Below the pieces are notes generated by a model that made no database searches, was not told where the DNA came from, and saw only the letters and a program-made list of their open reading frames with translations. Shown piece by piece: positions 25,421 to 35,164 of a DNA stretch of 53,112 bases. A program made the position numbers and the translations under genes. Origin of the DNA: a virus (lineage: Duplodnaviria; Caudoviricetes); IMG/VR virus record IMGVR_UViG_3300031454_000236, positions 1 through 53,112 of that record. One strand, written 5' to 3'. Each line of letters opens with the position of its first letter. Position 1 is the first letter of the stretch.

Positions 25421-28400
25421 GCAACCTCGCTTCTCGCCGCTCCTCGCGCTTCAATTGGTCGACCGTGATCTCCGGCGTCGAGGAGACGATGGTGTAGTTG
25501 GCGATGTGCGTGTCGCCCCCCTTTTCGGAGCGCGGGGACAGCGCCGCCAGCTGATCGGCGTTGAATATCGCCTCCTTGCCGTTCTCCCCGAACGTGTAGG
25601 AGCGCCCGGAGCGCTGGCCGCGCCCGACGATCGGCTCGGTGATCACGCCGCCATCGGCCATGCCGACGATGCCGCGACTATCCCCCCACGCGCCCGCGAT
25701 CCGGTCGCCGGGGTACATGTCTCGCGGGCGCTCGGCGTAATAGGCCGCGCGTGCGCCCGCGTAGGCGGGATCGGTGCCCCACGGGAGGTCGCCGCGCCGC
25801 GTGGCCGCGCGATAGTCGGCGTACATGAAATCGGTCGCCCACACCGGGTCTTCCGCCTGCGCGCGGCTGACGCCGGGATGGGCCACGGTGTAAATCTGGT
25901 ACGGGCCGAAGCTCTGGCCGTTGTCCCCCGCGCCGAACGTCGGACCCCAACCGCCCTCCATGTGGCTGCCCATCAGCATCGCCAGTCCGGTGTAGCTGTC
26001 GTTGCCGACCTTGCCGAGGATGGCGTCCACCACGGTCGAGCCGTTGCCGGTGAACGGCCCCGAGCCGTCGCCCGGCCCCGTCTTGGTCGCGTACTTCCCG
26101 CCCGCGATGTCGCGCAGGAGGTTGTAGGCATCGAATGAGCCGCCGTCACCCGCCGAGGTGATCTCCGGGCCGATACCGATGTGGAGGTGTGGGGCACCCG
26201 TGCCCCCCTTGTAGGCGTTACCGGTGCGACCGACCCAGCCGAGTTGCTGGCCCGTCGCGACCGCCCCGGACACGCTCGCCGGGTCGCGCATATGAGCGTA
26301 GTAGTATTGGAGTCCGTCGTCGCCGTAGACGGTGATGGTGTTGCCGCCGAGCGGGAATTCCATCGGCCCGCTCGCCCGACCGCCACGGGTCGCGACGATG
26401 CGCGACCCCTCCGGGGACATGATGTCGGCGGCGGAGGGCGAGCCGTCCCAATGCGGCCCGAACGAATTTTCGTAACCGGGGACCGGGAAGATGTACTCCC
26501 CGCTCGCCCCGCCTATCGGGGTTTTCGGCGTCGCCGCCTTCAGCATCTTGTCGATCGAGCCGAGCGCCCAATCCTTGACCTTCCCGGCCATCTTCGCGCC
26601 GATGTCGCCGAGCGCGCCCGGCAAACTCAGGTCGCCGAGTCCGACCGCGCCTTTCGCCTGATCGTAGAGCCAGCCCGCGCCCTTCTGCAGCACGCCGAAG
26701 ATGCCGCCGAGCGCGTCCAGTCCGCCCGCGAATCCGGGGACCAGCGCGGGGCCGGATTGCGGCGCGGTGACCACGCCCTGCCGCACCAGCGCCATCGAGT
26801 CGCGGTGGGGGAGGACTTGCGCGCCGCGCGGGAGGTAGGCCAGTTCCGCGCCCGCGCCGCCCGGCCCCTCGCCGACCCAGGCCATCCCGCCGCCCCAGTT
26901 GCGCGTGCCGGTCGCGAGGCCGGGGAGGGAGAACGACGGCGACTGATCCGCTATGCCGCCCGCGCCGAGCCGTTCCGCGATCCAGTTGATGATGCTGCGG
27001 ACCCCGTCCCCGAACTTGCGCACCCGGTCGCCCGCGCCATTGAGCGAATTGATGATCCCGTTGCCGAAGGCGTTGACGATCCCGCCGATGGCGTCCTTTG
27101 CCCCGTTGAAGGGTGACAGCAGCGCGTCTTTCATATTCCCGGCGTTGTCCCAGAGGAGCTTTTTCAGGTCGCCCCACTTGCCGGTGGCCGTGTCATAGAT
27201 GTTCTGCCAGGTGCCGATGAGTGCGTCTTTCGCGGAGGTGATCGGCATGGTGATCCGATCGCGCAGATCGGACCCGGTATCCCACAGCCACTGCCGGACG
27301 CCGTTCCAGGCGTCGATCGCCTTCTGGTAGATATTCGCCCAGGTCGTGTCGAGCATTGCCTTGGCCGCGTCGATCGGCGTGGTCACGCGCGCCTGCATGT
27401 CGCCCGCCGTCTGCAACAGCCAGGAGCGCACCCCATTCCAGGCGTCGGTCGCTTTGGTGTAGATGCTCCCCCAGGCCGTGTCCAGGAGCGCCTTCGCCAC
27501 GTCAATCGGCCCGGTGATGCGCGACTGCATCTCGGCGGCGGTTTGCAGCAGCCAGGAGCGGACGCCGTCCCAGGCACTCGTTGCCTTGGTGTAGATGCTA
27601 TTCCATGTGCCATCGAGCCATGCTTTCGCGGCGTCGATCGGGCCGGTGATTTTGGCTTGCATATCGGCGGCGATCTGCGCGGCGAAATCGCGCACCCCGC
27701 TCCAGGCTTGCGTCGCCTTGGTATAGATGCTATTCCACAGCCCCGTCAGCCAGTCCCGCGCCGTGGTGATACGCGCGGTCAGATCGTCCCGCACGTCGCT
27801 CGCCGCCTGCGTGACCGTCTTCCAGAGGGTCGCCCAGACGCCCGCCGCTTTGGTGTAGGCGCTATCCCACAGGCCGCCGAGCGTGTCGCGGAGGTCCGCG
27901 ATCTTCCCGCCGACCCATGATGCCAGGTCGCCCACCTTGCCTGTGACCCAGTTGTAGAGGTCCGTGGCCTTGTCGAGGCCGTTCCTGGCGATACGGACGA
28001 AGATCGCCAGCAAGAGTGCCTCGGTCTTGGCAAGCTCGATCAGGATAGTCACGCCGAGATTGATCACCGCCTGGACGATCTGCCCGACCATGCTATTCCA
28101 GGCATTCAGCGCGGTCGCCTTGATGTCGGCCCAACGGTCGTTGAGCCAGGAGCGCAGATCGGCGACCTTGCCGGTCACGCCGGACCACAGATCCCCCAGC
28201 GCCCCCGTCACCCCGCGCACGATGCCGTCCCAAATGCCGGAGACGAACGATGACACGGCGGTCCAGCGGTCGCGCCACCAGCCCTGGATGTCGTCGAGCT
28301 TGCCTCGGATGGCCGCGCCGAGCGCCGAGAAGCGGTCCCCGACATCGTTCTTCATGGTGGTCAACGTGTCGCGCACCGCAGTCCCCATGTCGGAGAACTG

Positions 28401-31127
28401 CTGCCCGGTGTCCACCAGGTATTGCGCCACGCGATCGTGGATGGTGGTCCCGATCGCGGAGAATTTGCCGCCGATAGCCGTGCCGATCGCGGCTAACTTG
28501 TCCTGGATCGCCGTCCCCAGATCGGAGAATTGTTGCCCCGTATCGTTCTTGTACTGCGTCAGCCGGTCGCGGATTGTCGTACCGATCTCGGAGAATTTGC
28601 TGCCCACGTACCCGGCGATGGCGTCCCAGGCGGCACCGGCGGCGGCCTGGATACCGCCCCAGATCGCGGCCAGGACGCCGAGCAGGATCGGCCCGGCGGC
28701 GGTGAAAAGCGCGACCAGGCCGTTCCAGGCGATCTGCGCGGCCTGCTGGATGTACGCCCATGCGCCATCCCAATCGCCGCTGATCAGCGCGAGGACGCCG
28801 CGTATGAGGTTACCGATGACGCCGAGGTAGGTGTTGATCGTGTTCTGGATCAGCGCCCACGCCCCGCCGAGCACGGCCACTATCTGATCACCGTGCGCGA
28901 CGAGGAAGCCCGCGACCGCGCCGAAGACGGTTTGCAGCATGCCCCACAGCCATGTCGCCGCCGCGACCACCTTGGTCGAGACGCTCTCCCAGGCGGCGCT
29001 CAGTTGCGGCAGGATGTCGGTCCAGAACTGGGACAGCCGCGCGCCGAGGTCCGCCAAGACCGGCTGTAACCAGGCCCAGACCGCCGCGACCTTGCCCTGG
29101 ATGTCGCCCCAGTTATTGGCCCAGGCCAGCCCGAGCAGGGTGACGACGCCGACGATCGCCGCGATCGCCAGCGTCAGCGGCCCGCCCAGCACGATCACCA
29201 GCGCCGCGACGATCCCGCCGACGCCCTCGATGGCGACGGAGAGGACGCCCCAGATGGCGATCGCGCTCGTGACCCAGCCGACCACGGTGGCGATGATCGA
29301 GAAGGCCGCGAACGCCGCCGCCCCGATCGCGACGACTTTGGCGATCGTGTCCATGTGGTCGCGGATGAACCCCGCGACCTGTTGCACGGCGGGCAAGACC
29401 TGATTGAAGAAGACATCCTTCGCGGTCAGCGCGAAATCGCGCAGGCGCAGCGCGAAATCCCCCACGGCGCGCACGGCGGGCTGCACGGTGTCGTCGCCGA
29501 CCCACTTCCCGGCGAGCGCCTGTTGCACCGTGATGAAGCCGTCGCGCACCAACTGGAAGCCGCCCAGCAGGTCGGACGTGAACTTGGCGACCTTGCCGCT
29601 GGTGCCTGGCCCGAACACGGCATCGAGCGCGGCCAGCAACGGCCCGAACGCGCTGTTGAAGTCGCCGGTCTGGAACGCTTGGAGTAACCCGCCCGCCGCA
29701 TCCTTGACGGGGCCGAGCATGGCGACGGCATCGCGTCCGAAGCCGAGCAGCGCCTTGCCGCCCTCCGTCACCTTCGCCGCGAGGACGGGTCCGTAGGTTT
29801 CGAGCAAGGGGATCGCGGCATTGACGGCCCGTGTCCCCCAGTCGATCACCCCGCGCAGCATCGGTAGGAAAGCCATGCCGATCGTGATCCCGGCGGTTTC
29901 GAGCGAGCCTTTGAGTTGTTCGAGCGAGCCACTGACGTTATCGAGACGATCCGCAGCGACCCCGGCGGCGGTGACATTGCCCATCGCCGCCGCCATCTCG
30001 TTAAACCCCTGCGCCCCGGATTTCGCGAAGATCGCCGCCGCGCGCGAGGCGTCGGAGCCGAACAACGTCTGGAAGGTCGCGAGCTTCTGTTGCTCGGTCA
30101 TGTCCTTGGTCGCGGTCTGCAAGATCCCCGCGACATCGGCCAGCGACTTCATCTTGCCGTTCTGATCGAAAAACGCGCTGCTGATCGTGCCGGTGCTGGT
30201 ATATAACTTGTCGAATTCTTTGCGCTGCTTGTCGGTCCAGGTCGTCGTATCCTGCGAATAACCGAGGTACTGCATCATCCCGCTGTTGAGGGCCGCCCAA
30301 TCATCCCCCGCGACCGCGATCCCCTTCTCGGCGAGGAATTTGAACCCGGCACTCAGGTTATCCGTCTGCAAACCGAGATCGCGGAAGAGCTTCCTTTGCT
30401 CACCCGTCTGCGGGATCAGGTTCGTCAGCATGGTCTTGAGCGACGTGCCGGCGTCCGAACCTTTGATCCCCGCCGCGCCCATGATCGCGATCCCCTGGGC
30501 GAGATCGTCGAACGACAGCCCGGCGACCGCCGCCATCGATCCCGCCGCCGCCATCGAGAATTTGAAATCGGTCACGGAGAGCGAGGAGGCGTTGGCCGCG
30601 CCCGCGACCAGATCGCTGACGTGCGCCATGTCGGAGCCGTTGAGCGAGAAGATATTCATGGCGTTCGCGGCGATCTCGGCGGCGTCGGGGAGGCTCACGC
30701 CGCCGGCCGCGGCGAGGTTGAGGACCGCTTGCGCCGCCCCCCCCATGATGTCGGGGATCTTGACGCCACCCTTGACCAACTCCTCGATCCCAGCCGCCGC
30801 CTCGGAGGCGCTGAAACTGGTGTCCTTGCCGAGTTGCAGGGCCAGGGACGATAACTGCCCCAGTTCGGCGGCGGTCGCGCCGGAGACGGCCTTGACGCCG
30901 CTCATGGTCTTCTCGAATGTGGAGGCCGCCCCGATGCTGCCGGAGAACGCGCCCGTTACGAGTTCTAGCCCTTTCTGGGCGACCGCGAAGCCGACACCGA
31001 GCAGCGCCCCTTTCAGGACCGTGCCGAAGCCACTGGCCGACTTTTCGAGCGTGCCCAACTGCCGCTCGATCCGGTCGGTCGTGCGGAAGAAGTTCTCGGC
31101 GTCGGCCTGGTAGCGAAAACTTATCAC
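25407..31127 (-). CDS. Tail tape measure protein with M23 peptidase and lysozyme-like domains
   Basis: 1906 aa; TP901-type core (AGIKGSDAGTSLK) and Trp-periodic repeats. M23 motifs H...D, YAHM and PHLH. C-terminal E...GDNGQSFGPYQI lysozyme-like segment. Confidence 0.95.
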   Translation of the reverse strand: MISFRYQADAENFFRTTDRIERQLGTLEKSASGFGTVLKGALLGVGFAVAQKGLELVTGAFSGSIGAASTFEKTMSGVKAVSGATAAELGQLSSLALQLGKDTSFSASEAAAGIEELVKGGVKIPDIMGGAAQAVLNLAAAGGVSLPDAAEIAANAMNIFSLNGSDMAHVSDLVAGAANASSLSVTDFKFSMAAAGSMAAVAGLSFDDLAQGIAIMGAAGIKGSDAGTSLKTMLTNLIPQTGEQRKLFRDLGLQTDNLSAGFKFLAEKGIAVAGDDWAALNSGMMQYLGYSQDTTTWTDKQRKEFDKLYTSTGTISSAFFDQNGKMKSLADVAGILQTATKDMTEQQKLATFQTLFGSDASRAAAIFAKSGAQGFNEMAAAMGNVTAAGVAADRLDNVSGSLEQLKGSLETAGITIGMAFLPMLRGVIDWGTRAVNAAIPLLETYGPVLAAKVTEGGKALLGFGRDAVAMLGPVKDAAGGLLQAFQTGDFNSAFGPLLAALDAVFGPGTSGKVAKFTSDLLGGFQLVRDGFITVQQALAGKWVGDDTVQPAVRAVGDFALRLRDFALTAKDVFFNQVLPAVQQVAGFIRDHMDTIAKVVAIGAAAFAAFSIIATVVGWVTSAIAIWGVLSVAIEGVGGIVAALVIVLGGPLTLAIAAIVGVVTLLGLAWANNWGDIQGKVAAVWAWLQPVLADLGARLSQFWTDILPQLSAAWESVSTKVVAAATWLWGMLQTVFGAVAGFLVAHGDQIVAVLGGAWALIQNTINTYLGVIGNLIRGVLALISGDWDGAWAYIQQAAQIAWNGLVALFTAAGPILLGVLAAIWGGIQAAAGAAWDAIAGYVGSKFSEIGTTIRDRLTQYKNDTGQQFSDLGTAIQDKLAAIGTAIGGKFSAIGTTIHDRVAQYLVDTGQQFSDMGTAVRDTLTTMKNDVGDRFSALGAAIRGKLDDIQGWWRDRWTAVSSFVSGIWDGIVRGVTGALGDLWSGVTGKVADLRSWLNDRWADIKATALNAWNSMVGQIVQAVINLGVTILIELAKTEALLLAIFVRIARNGLDKATDLYNWVTGKVGDLASWVGGKIADLRDTLGGLWDSAYTKAAGVWATLWKTVTQAASDVRDDLTARITTARDWLTGLWNSIYTKATQAWSGVRDFAAQIAADMQAKITGPIDAAKAWLDGTWNSIYTKATSAWDGVRSWLLQTAAEMQSRITGPIDVAKALLDTAWGSIYTKATDAWNGVRSWLLQTAGDMQARVTTPIDAAKAMLDTTWANIYQKAIDAWNGVRQWLWDTGSDLRDRITMPITSAKDALIGTWQNIYDTATGKWGDLKKLLWDNAGNMKDALLSPFNGAKDAIGGIVNAFGNGIINSLNGAGDRVRKFGDGVRSIINWIAERLGAGGIADQSPSFSLPGLATGTRNWGGGMAWVGEGPGGAGAELAYLPRGAQVLPHRDSMALVRQGVVTAPQSGPALVPGFAGGLDALGGIFGVLQKGAGWLYDQAKGAVGLGDLSLPGALGDIGAKMAGKVKDWALGSIDKMLKAATPKTPIGGASGEYIFPVPGYENSFGPHWDGSPSAADIMSPEGSRIVATRGGRASGPMEFPLGGNTITVYGDDGLQYYYAHMRDPASVSGAVATGQQLGWVGRTGNAYKGGTGAPHLHIGIGPEITSAGDGGSFDAYNLLRDIAGGKYATKTGPGDGSGPFTGNGSTVVDAILGKVGNDSYTGLAMLMGSHMEGGWGPTFGAGDNGQSFGPYQIYTVAHPGVSRAQAEDPVWATDFMYADYRAATRRGDLPWGTDPAYAGARAAYYAERPRDMYPGDRIAGAWGDSRGIVGMADGGVITEPIVGRGQRSGRSYTFGENGKEAIFNADQLAALSPRSEKGGDTHIANYTIVSSTPEITVDQLKREERREARLRGYR
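25410..25658 (-). repeat. Direct repeat copy B (TMP 3' end)
   Basis: Partner of 17610-17860, offset about 7.8 kb. Confidence 0.92.
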
Positions 31128-31155
31128 GGTGCTTGACAGGGGTGGCCTCCGTCCC

Positions 31156-31530
31156 TCAGCGACTGGCCGCGTAGGCCTCGCGCGTCTCCGCCATGCGCGC
31201 CATCAGTCGGGCGGCGTTGTCGGCTTGCTCCGCTGCCGTCGGCTCGTCCGCGCTCTCGCCGTCCCACATGGCGTCGAAGTCGAGCAGGAAGTCGGCGGGT
31301 TTGCTGGTCGGCTTGGCCTCGGCGGCGGCGATGATGGCGTTGACGAGCGCCGCCGTCTGCGCCGCGCTCCGCAGATCGGCGCGCTCTTCCCCGAACGGCT
31401 CGCGCGACGCGAACACCTGCCAGGCGACGAACTCCCGCGCGCTCATCCGCGCGCCGAGTTCGTCCACGGTGAGGCCCAGGGCGAGCGCTAGTCGGTGGAG
31501 GAACCGTCGCTCCGGGCGTCGTCGAAATCC
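31156..31530 (-). CDS. Tail assembly chaperone, -1 frameshift extension (gpGT-like)
   Basis: LALALGLTVDELGARMSAREF..W....PFG in the -1 frame; slippery G-GAT-TTC at 31530-31524. Confidence 0.75.
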   Translation of the reverse strand, partial: GFRRRPERRFLHRLALALGLTVDELGARMSAREFVAWQVFASREPFGEERADLRSAAQTAALVNAIIAAAEAKPTSKPADFLLDFDAMWDGESADEPTAAEQADNAARLMARMAETREAYAASR

Positions 31531-31970
31531 TCGGCGATCTCCTCCTCCTCGGCGTCGGTGATCCCGGAGAGGCGCGCGGCCACGTCGAAGACCAATTTCA
31601 GCGCCGCGCCGTTCTTGTTCTTCAGCGCCTCGACATCGCTGGCGTCGAAGAGCCGCCGCGCGCCCGGCTGCGGCCCCTCGACCGCGCAGCGCGCCACGAC
31701 GCGCGACTGGAAGAGATCGGTGTCCACGCGGACCTTGTTCCCCTGGCCCCGGCGCATCGACTTGTAGAAGTTGTCGAGTTCGCCCGCCGTCATGCCCCGG
31801 ACGTAGAGGCTGCCGCCCCACGACGGTACATGGACCAGCTCCACCTGATCATCCTTGGCGCTGAGGATCGCGTCGCGCGACAGCAGCACCATGACCGGCG
31901 CATTGGCCGGTGCGTGCTGCGGTTGCGACTCCCCACGATCGTCCCCCTGCTGCTGCGTGTGCCCCTCCAC
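31488..31970 (-). CDS. Tail assembly chaperone (gpG-like)
   Basis: LLSRDAIL...VPSWGG.LYVRGMT..E.D...AARLSG; lies between the tail tube and TMP genes. Confidence 0.8.
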   Translation of the reverse strand: MEGHTQQQGDDRGESQPQHAPANAPVMVLLSRDAILSAKDDQVELVHVPSWGGSLYVRGMTAGELDNFYKSMRRGQGNKVRVDTDLFQSRVVARCAVEGPQPGARRLFDASDVEALKNKNGAALKLVFDVAARLSGITDAEEEEIAEDFDDARSDGSSTD

Positions 31971-32056
31971 GTGGTCCCCCCGCTCTCGTGTCCCCTACGT
32001 CCCATGCGGGCCGCCGCACCCCGGCGACGGCCCGCGCCTCCCTGTGTTCGTGCGGT

Positions 32057-32713
32057 TTAGGTGCGGATGATGTCGCCCGAGCATTTAATAGTGACCGAAC
32101 TCGTCATACGATCGTTGATCGGGGTCACGACCGGGCTGGTGGTGACGAGGCCCGCGAACGAATCGACCACGGACGGCGAGAACGGGTAGACGAGGCGGAA
32201 GTTGCGCAGCAGCTTGTCCTTGAACGCCTTCCGCAGCCCGGTGACGCCGTCCTGCGTGGGGTCGCTCGGGATCCAGTTGAACGTGATGCTCATGTCCCCG
32301 GAGTCGGTCAGACCGCCCGCGAACTGCATCACGCCGCCCGGCGACAAGTGGTGCGTCGTCTCGAATGTGCTGGTGGTCGGGCTGGGCGGGGTGATGTCGC
32401 TCACCTCGGCGATCGTGGCGAAGTTCTCCCCGCCGAGCGCGGTGTCGCCCGCGAGCAACGCCGCGCCGAGCGGCTTGACCGTCAGCGAGGCCGCGCCGAC
32501 GATCGCCGCCGCCGTCAGTTCGGCGATCTTGCCGACGCCGAAGATCAGGATCGCGCCGCTCGCCAGGGCCACGGTAGTCGCCGTGACCGGCACGGTGGTC
32601 GCGCCGATCGCCGCGCCGCCCGTGGCGACGACGACATTGGCGGTGGTCGCGCCGTCGCCCAACTGGAATCGTGTCCCGAAGCCGCTCCGGGCTCGTGCCA
32701 TGCTCGCGCTCAT
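32057..32713 (-). CDS. Major tail tube protein with an inserted beta module
   Basis: GFGTRFQLGDG...IAEVSDITPP...ETTH...GLTDSGDMSITFNW...VTIKCSG. Confidence 0.85.
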   Translation of the reverse strand: MSASMARARSGFGTRFQLGDGATTANVVVATGGAAIGATTVPVTATTVALASGAILIFGVGKIAELTAAAIVGAASLTVKPLGAALLAGDTALGGENFATIAEVSDITPPSPTTSTFETTHHLSPGGVMQFAGGLTDSGDMSITFNWIPSDPTQDGVTGLRKAFKDKLLRNFRLVYPFSPSVVDSFAGLVTTSPVVTPINDRMTSSVTIKCSGDIIRT

Positions 32714-32771
32714 CTGTGGCTACTCCTGCTCTGCGCCTTCGTGGCGCGGTATCAAACGGCGACTCGCGTAC

Positions 32772-33131
32772 CTAGACCGTCTGGCGCGGCAGCGGGGTCG
32801 GCTCCGGCATCCCGCCGTTGCGGATGTAGGCGCGCATGGCGTCCTCATCCAGCGTGTCGAAGCGCCCGTCGTTGGCGATGTAGTGCGGACGCCCGGACCA
32901 CATCCCCACGGTGTAGCCGATCCTGGTCGAATCAGGCGCGGCGGCTTCCCGCAACTGCTCGATCTGCTGATCCAGCACGGCGGACTGCGCGACCTCAGCG
33001 ACGGACTGCTCGACCGCCGCGCGCTCCTGGTGCGCCTCGACGACCGCGACCTGCGCGACCTCCAACTGGTTCTCCGCCTTGCTCACGTCCTGCTCCGCCG
33101 CGACGATCGGATCTTTCTTGCTAGTCGGCAT
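32772..33131 (-). CDS. Hypothetical virion-module protein
   Basis: SD AAGGAGG; lies between the tail terminator and tail tube genes. Confidence 0.55.
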   Translation of the reverse strand: MPTSKKDPIVAAEQDVSKAENQLEVAQVAVVEAHQERAAVEQSVAEVAQSAVLDQQIEQLREAAAPDSTRIGYTVGMWSGRPHYIANDGRFDTLDEDAMRAYIRNGGMPEPTPLPRQTV

Positions 33132-33148
33132 CGGTACTCCCTCCTTCG

Positions 33149-33208
33149 CCAGTCATATACTGGCTACTCATATACCGGCTAGTCATCTACCGGCCAGGAT
33201 TAGACCGG
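33149..33208. repeat. Four tandem degenerate 15-bp repeats
   Basis: CCAGTCATATACTGG / CTACTCATATACCGG / CTAGTCATCTACCGG / CCAGGATTAGACCGG. Confidence 0.7.
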
Positions 33209-33604
33209 CAATGGACTAACCGACTTCGCCGTCTCGACATTGACGATGATCCGCGACCGCTGGCTCTCGTCCTCGCCGAGCGGGACGGGCGGGCCGAGCG
33301 GGGTGATCCGGTGGTAATGGGTGCCGTTGACGACGCGCTCCCTGATGGCCCCCAAGGTTCGCGCGCACCGCTCGATGCGGAGGCGCGCGGCGGCGTAGTC
33401 GGGATCGCGGCACTCGATCTGGATTCTGGGCCATTCCTGCGTCGGGTCGTAGCCAACGTAGAGATAGTCCGGTTGCGCGCCGCCGTACTCCCTGATCGCC
33501 AGGGCGGCGTGGGGGGAGTCGGGGAGGCGTGCGAGGAAGATCGTCTCCCCGAGCGTGCCGATCCCTGCCTCGACCAGCAGCGCGGCCACGTCATCGAGCA
33601 GCAC
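33200..33604 (-). CDS. Tail terminator (minor capsid 3-like)
   Basis: IFLARLPDSP...IREYGG...RIQIECR...PVPLGEDE..R. Confidence 0.72.
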   Translation of the reverse strand: MLLDDVAALLVEAGIGTLGETIFLARLPDSPHAALAIREYGGAQPDYLYVGYDPTQEWPRIQIECRDPDYAAARLRIERCARTLGAIRERVVNGTHYHRITPLGPPVPLGEDESQRSRIIVNVETAKSVSPLPV

Positions 33605-33926
33605 GATCAGCCTCCGACTTGATGGCGACCCGAACATTCCCCCGTCGCACCGTGGTGCATAGGGCGAGTTGGTCTTGTTGGTCTTGGCAATTCTTGCAAC
33701 GGTGCCTCGGCTGACTGAGGGCATACGACACGCCGTCCTCGCCGGTGAACGTCTCAAACCCCCCTTCGACCCTCGCTCCGTCAACGGTGACGACGAAGCA
33801 CCCTGGTGGATAGATGTCGCCGAGTTGCACGGCGAAGTGGTGCTCACCCTGACGCTCATGCACAGGGAGAAAAGGGGACGGAAGAGAAGGGTCGCACCTG
33901 ATGCAACGACATTCGTGCTCTACCAC
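33591..33926 (-). CDS. Small Cys/His-rich hypothetical protein
   Basis: HECRCIRC...HRCKNC...C; fills the gap between neck genes. Confidence 0.5.
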   Translation of the reverse strand: MVEHECRCIRCDPSLPSPFLPVHERQGEHHFAVQLGDIYPPGCFVVTVDGARVEGGFETFTGEDGVSYALSQPRHRCKNCQDQQDQLALCTTVRRGNVRVAIKSEADRAAR

Positions 33927-33928
33927 GA

Positions 33929-34324
33929 TCAGCCCCCGATCTCGCGCGCGACCCGCGCACCGACCCGCTCGCCCATGCCCTTCTCGGCGGCGATGAACGG
34001 CTCTTCCAAATACTTCGCTTTGGTCGGTGCTTTGTGTCGCATCGCCAAATCCTCGTGAACCGCAGCGGCATACTCCACACCGCTGTTTCCGTAGCTGATC
34101 TCGACGCTCACGCCGTTGCCGCTGATCTCCGGCTTGTGGAGTTCGCCGCTCTGCTGGAGCGCGGTCGTATCCACCGGCACCAACTCCTGCGAGCGGTCGA
34201 ACACCGGCCCGGCCTCGGCGTGGAGCGCCCTCCCCAGCGCGGGGAGGAGTTGGGCGCGCGTGGCTCGCAGTTCGCGCAACGCCTCGGCGAGTCCGGTGAT
34301 TTCGATGGTCTTGCCGACTGCCAT
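33929..34324 (-). CDS. HK97 gp10-like neck / tail-completion protein
   Basis: SQELVPVDTTALQQSG...YAAAVHE...KYLEEP. Confidence 0.82.
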   Translation of the reverse strand: MAVGKTIEITGLAEALRELRATRAQLLPALGRALHAEAGPVFDRSQELVPVDTTALQQSGELHKPEISGNGVSVEISYGNSGVEYAAAVHEDLAMRHKAPTKAKYLEEPFIAAEKGMGERVGARVAREIGG

Positions 34325-34335
34325 CGCGCACCTCT

Positions 34336-34689
34336 CTACGTGTAGACCTGTGTCGTCAGATTGCCCGCCTGATCGGGTACCGTGTTGACGCTGAGGATCG
34401 TCGGGTGCGTGCCGTCGGGGAGTGTGAGCCGATCCTTGACCCCGATCGCCGCGTTGCCCGGCAGAAGGATCGTGGTGTTGCTCGCCGCTTCTTGCCCGCC
34501 CGCCGTGCGGACCAGTTGCGCCACCCCCGAGATCTGGCCCATGAGCGTGACCGCCGGGGCATAGGTTGGTTTGGCATACGCGTCTTGCCCGGTCCACCGC
34601 TGTACGATCACCGGCTGGTGCAAGCGTGCGGCGAGCCGTTCCCGCCGTGCGGCGTAGGCGGATGCGCGCCACGCTTCGAGCGCGCTCAA
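34336..34689 (-). CDS. Head closure (stopper) protein
   Basis: GQDAYAKPTY...VRTAGGQE...DRLTLPDG; position in the neck cluster. Confidence 0.7.
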   Translation of the reverse strand: MSALEAWRASAYAARRERLAARLHQPVIVQRWTGQDAYAKPTYAPAVTLMGQISGVAQLVRTAGGQEAASNTTILLPGNAAIGVKDRLTLPDGTHPTILSVNTVPDQAGNLTTQVYT

Positions 34690-35009
34690 AACGAGACTCG
34701 CACCGGCAGGGCGACCGTCCCGAATCGTCCCACGCTCGACCCCCGGCCCCGCGCCGCGATGCGCCCCTCGACCTCATTGGCGAGGATGGTGAGATGGTCG
34801 AAGAGTTGGGACGCGCTCTCGCTGTCGGGACCAACCGTGAAGTTCACCTGCTTACTGGCCTCGGCCCGGAGTTCGTGCAGCCCCGCCAGCAGCGCGCGAT
34901 CGAGGTCGTTCCCGGCGTCCAGGAGCAGCGCGGCGAGGCGGGCATCCGTGAATGCCTGCTGACCCACCGGACCGGTGTCCCCCAGGAGTCGCCGCAACCG
35001 CTCGACCAT
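34686..35009 (-). CDS. Head-tail adaptor
   Basis: RLRRLLGDT....FTDARL helical adaptor motif. Confidence 0.65.
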   Translation of the reverse strand: MVERLRRLLGDTGPVGQQAFTDARLAALLLDAGNDLDRALLAGLHELRAEASKQVNFTVGPDSESASQLFDHLTILANEVEGRIAARGRGSSVGRFGTVALPVRVSF

Positions 35010-35012
35010 GCG

Positions 35013-35159
35013 CTACTTCCCTTTCTTCGTGCCGAACGGGTTCGCCTTCTTCCCGCCGAACGGTATGCTTTTCTTGCCGCCACCCGCCGGTTTGTTCGGC
35101 TTGAGGCGCTTATCCTTCGGAGTGCCGGGACTAGGCTTGCCGCCGAGCGTGTAGGCCAT
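35013..35159 (-). CDS. 48-aa Lys/Gly/Pro-rich basic peptide
   Basis: MAYTLGGKPSPGTPKDKRLK...KKGK; SD AAGGAG. Confidence 0.55.
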   Translation of the reverse strand: MAYTLGGKPSPGTPKDKRLKPNKPAGGGKKSIPFGGKKANPFGTKKGK

Positions 35160-35164
35160 TCGTG

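Noticed and set aside
17610-25658. TMP repeat pair as a DGR template/variable repeat
   Set aside because: The differences are mostly synonymous and involve all bases rather than adenines only, and no reverse transcriptase is in the window.
27200-28600. Repeats within the tape measure gene as a separate element
   Set aside because: They are the usual Trp-periodic amphipathic coding repeats of TMPs.
31524-31530. Tail chaperone frameshift as a novelty
   Set aside because: A conserved, well-known feature of long-tailed phages; listed as a feature only.
33149-33208. Mini CRISPR array
   Set aside because: The units are contiguous 15-mers with no spacers, and there are no cas genes.
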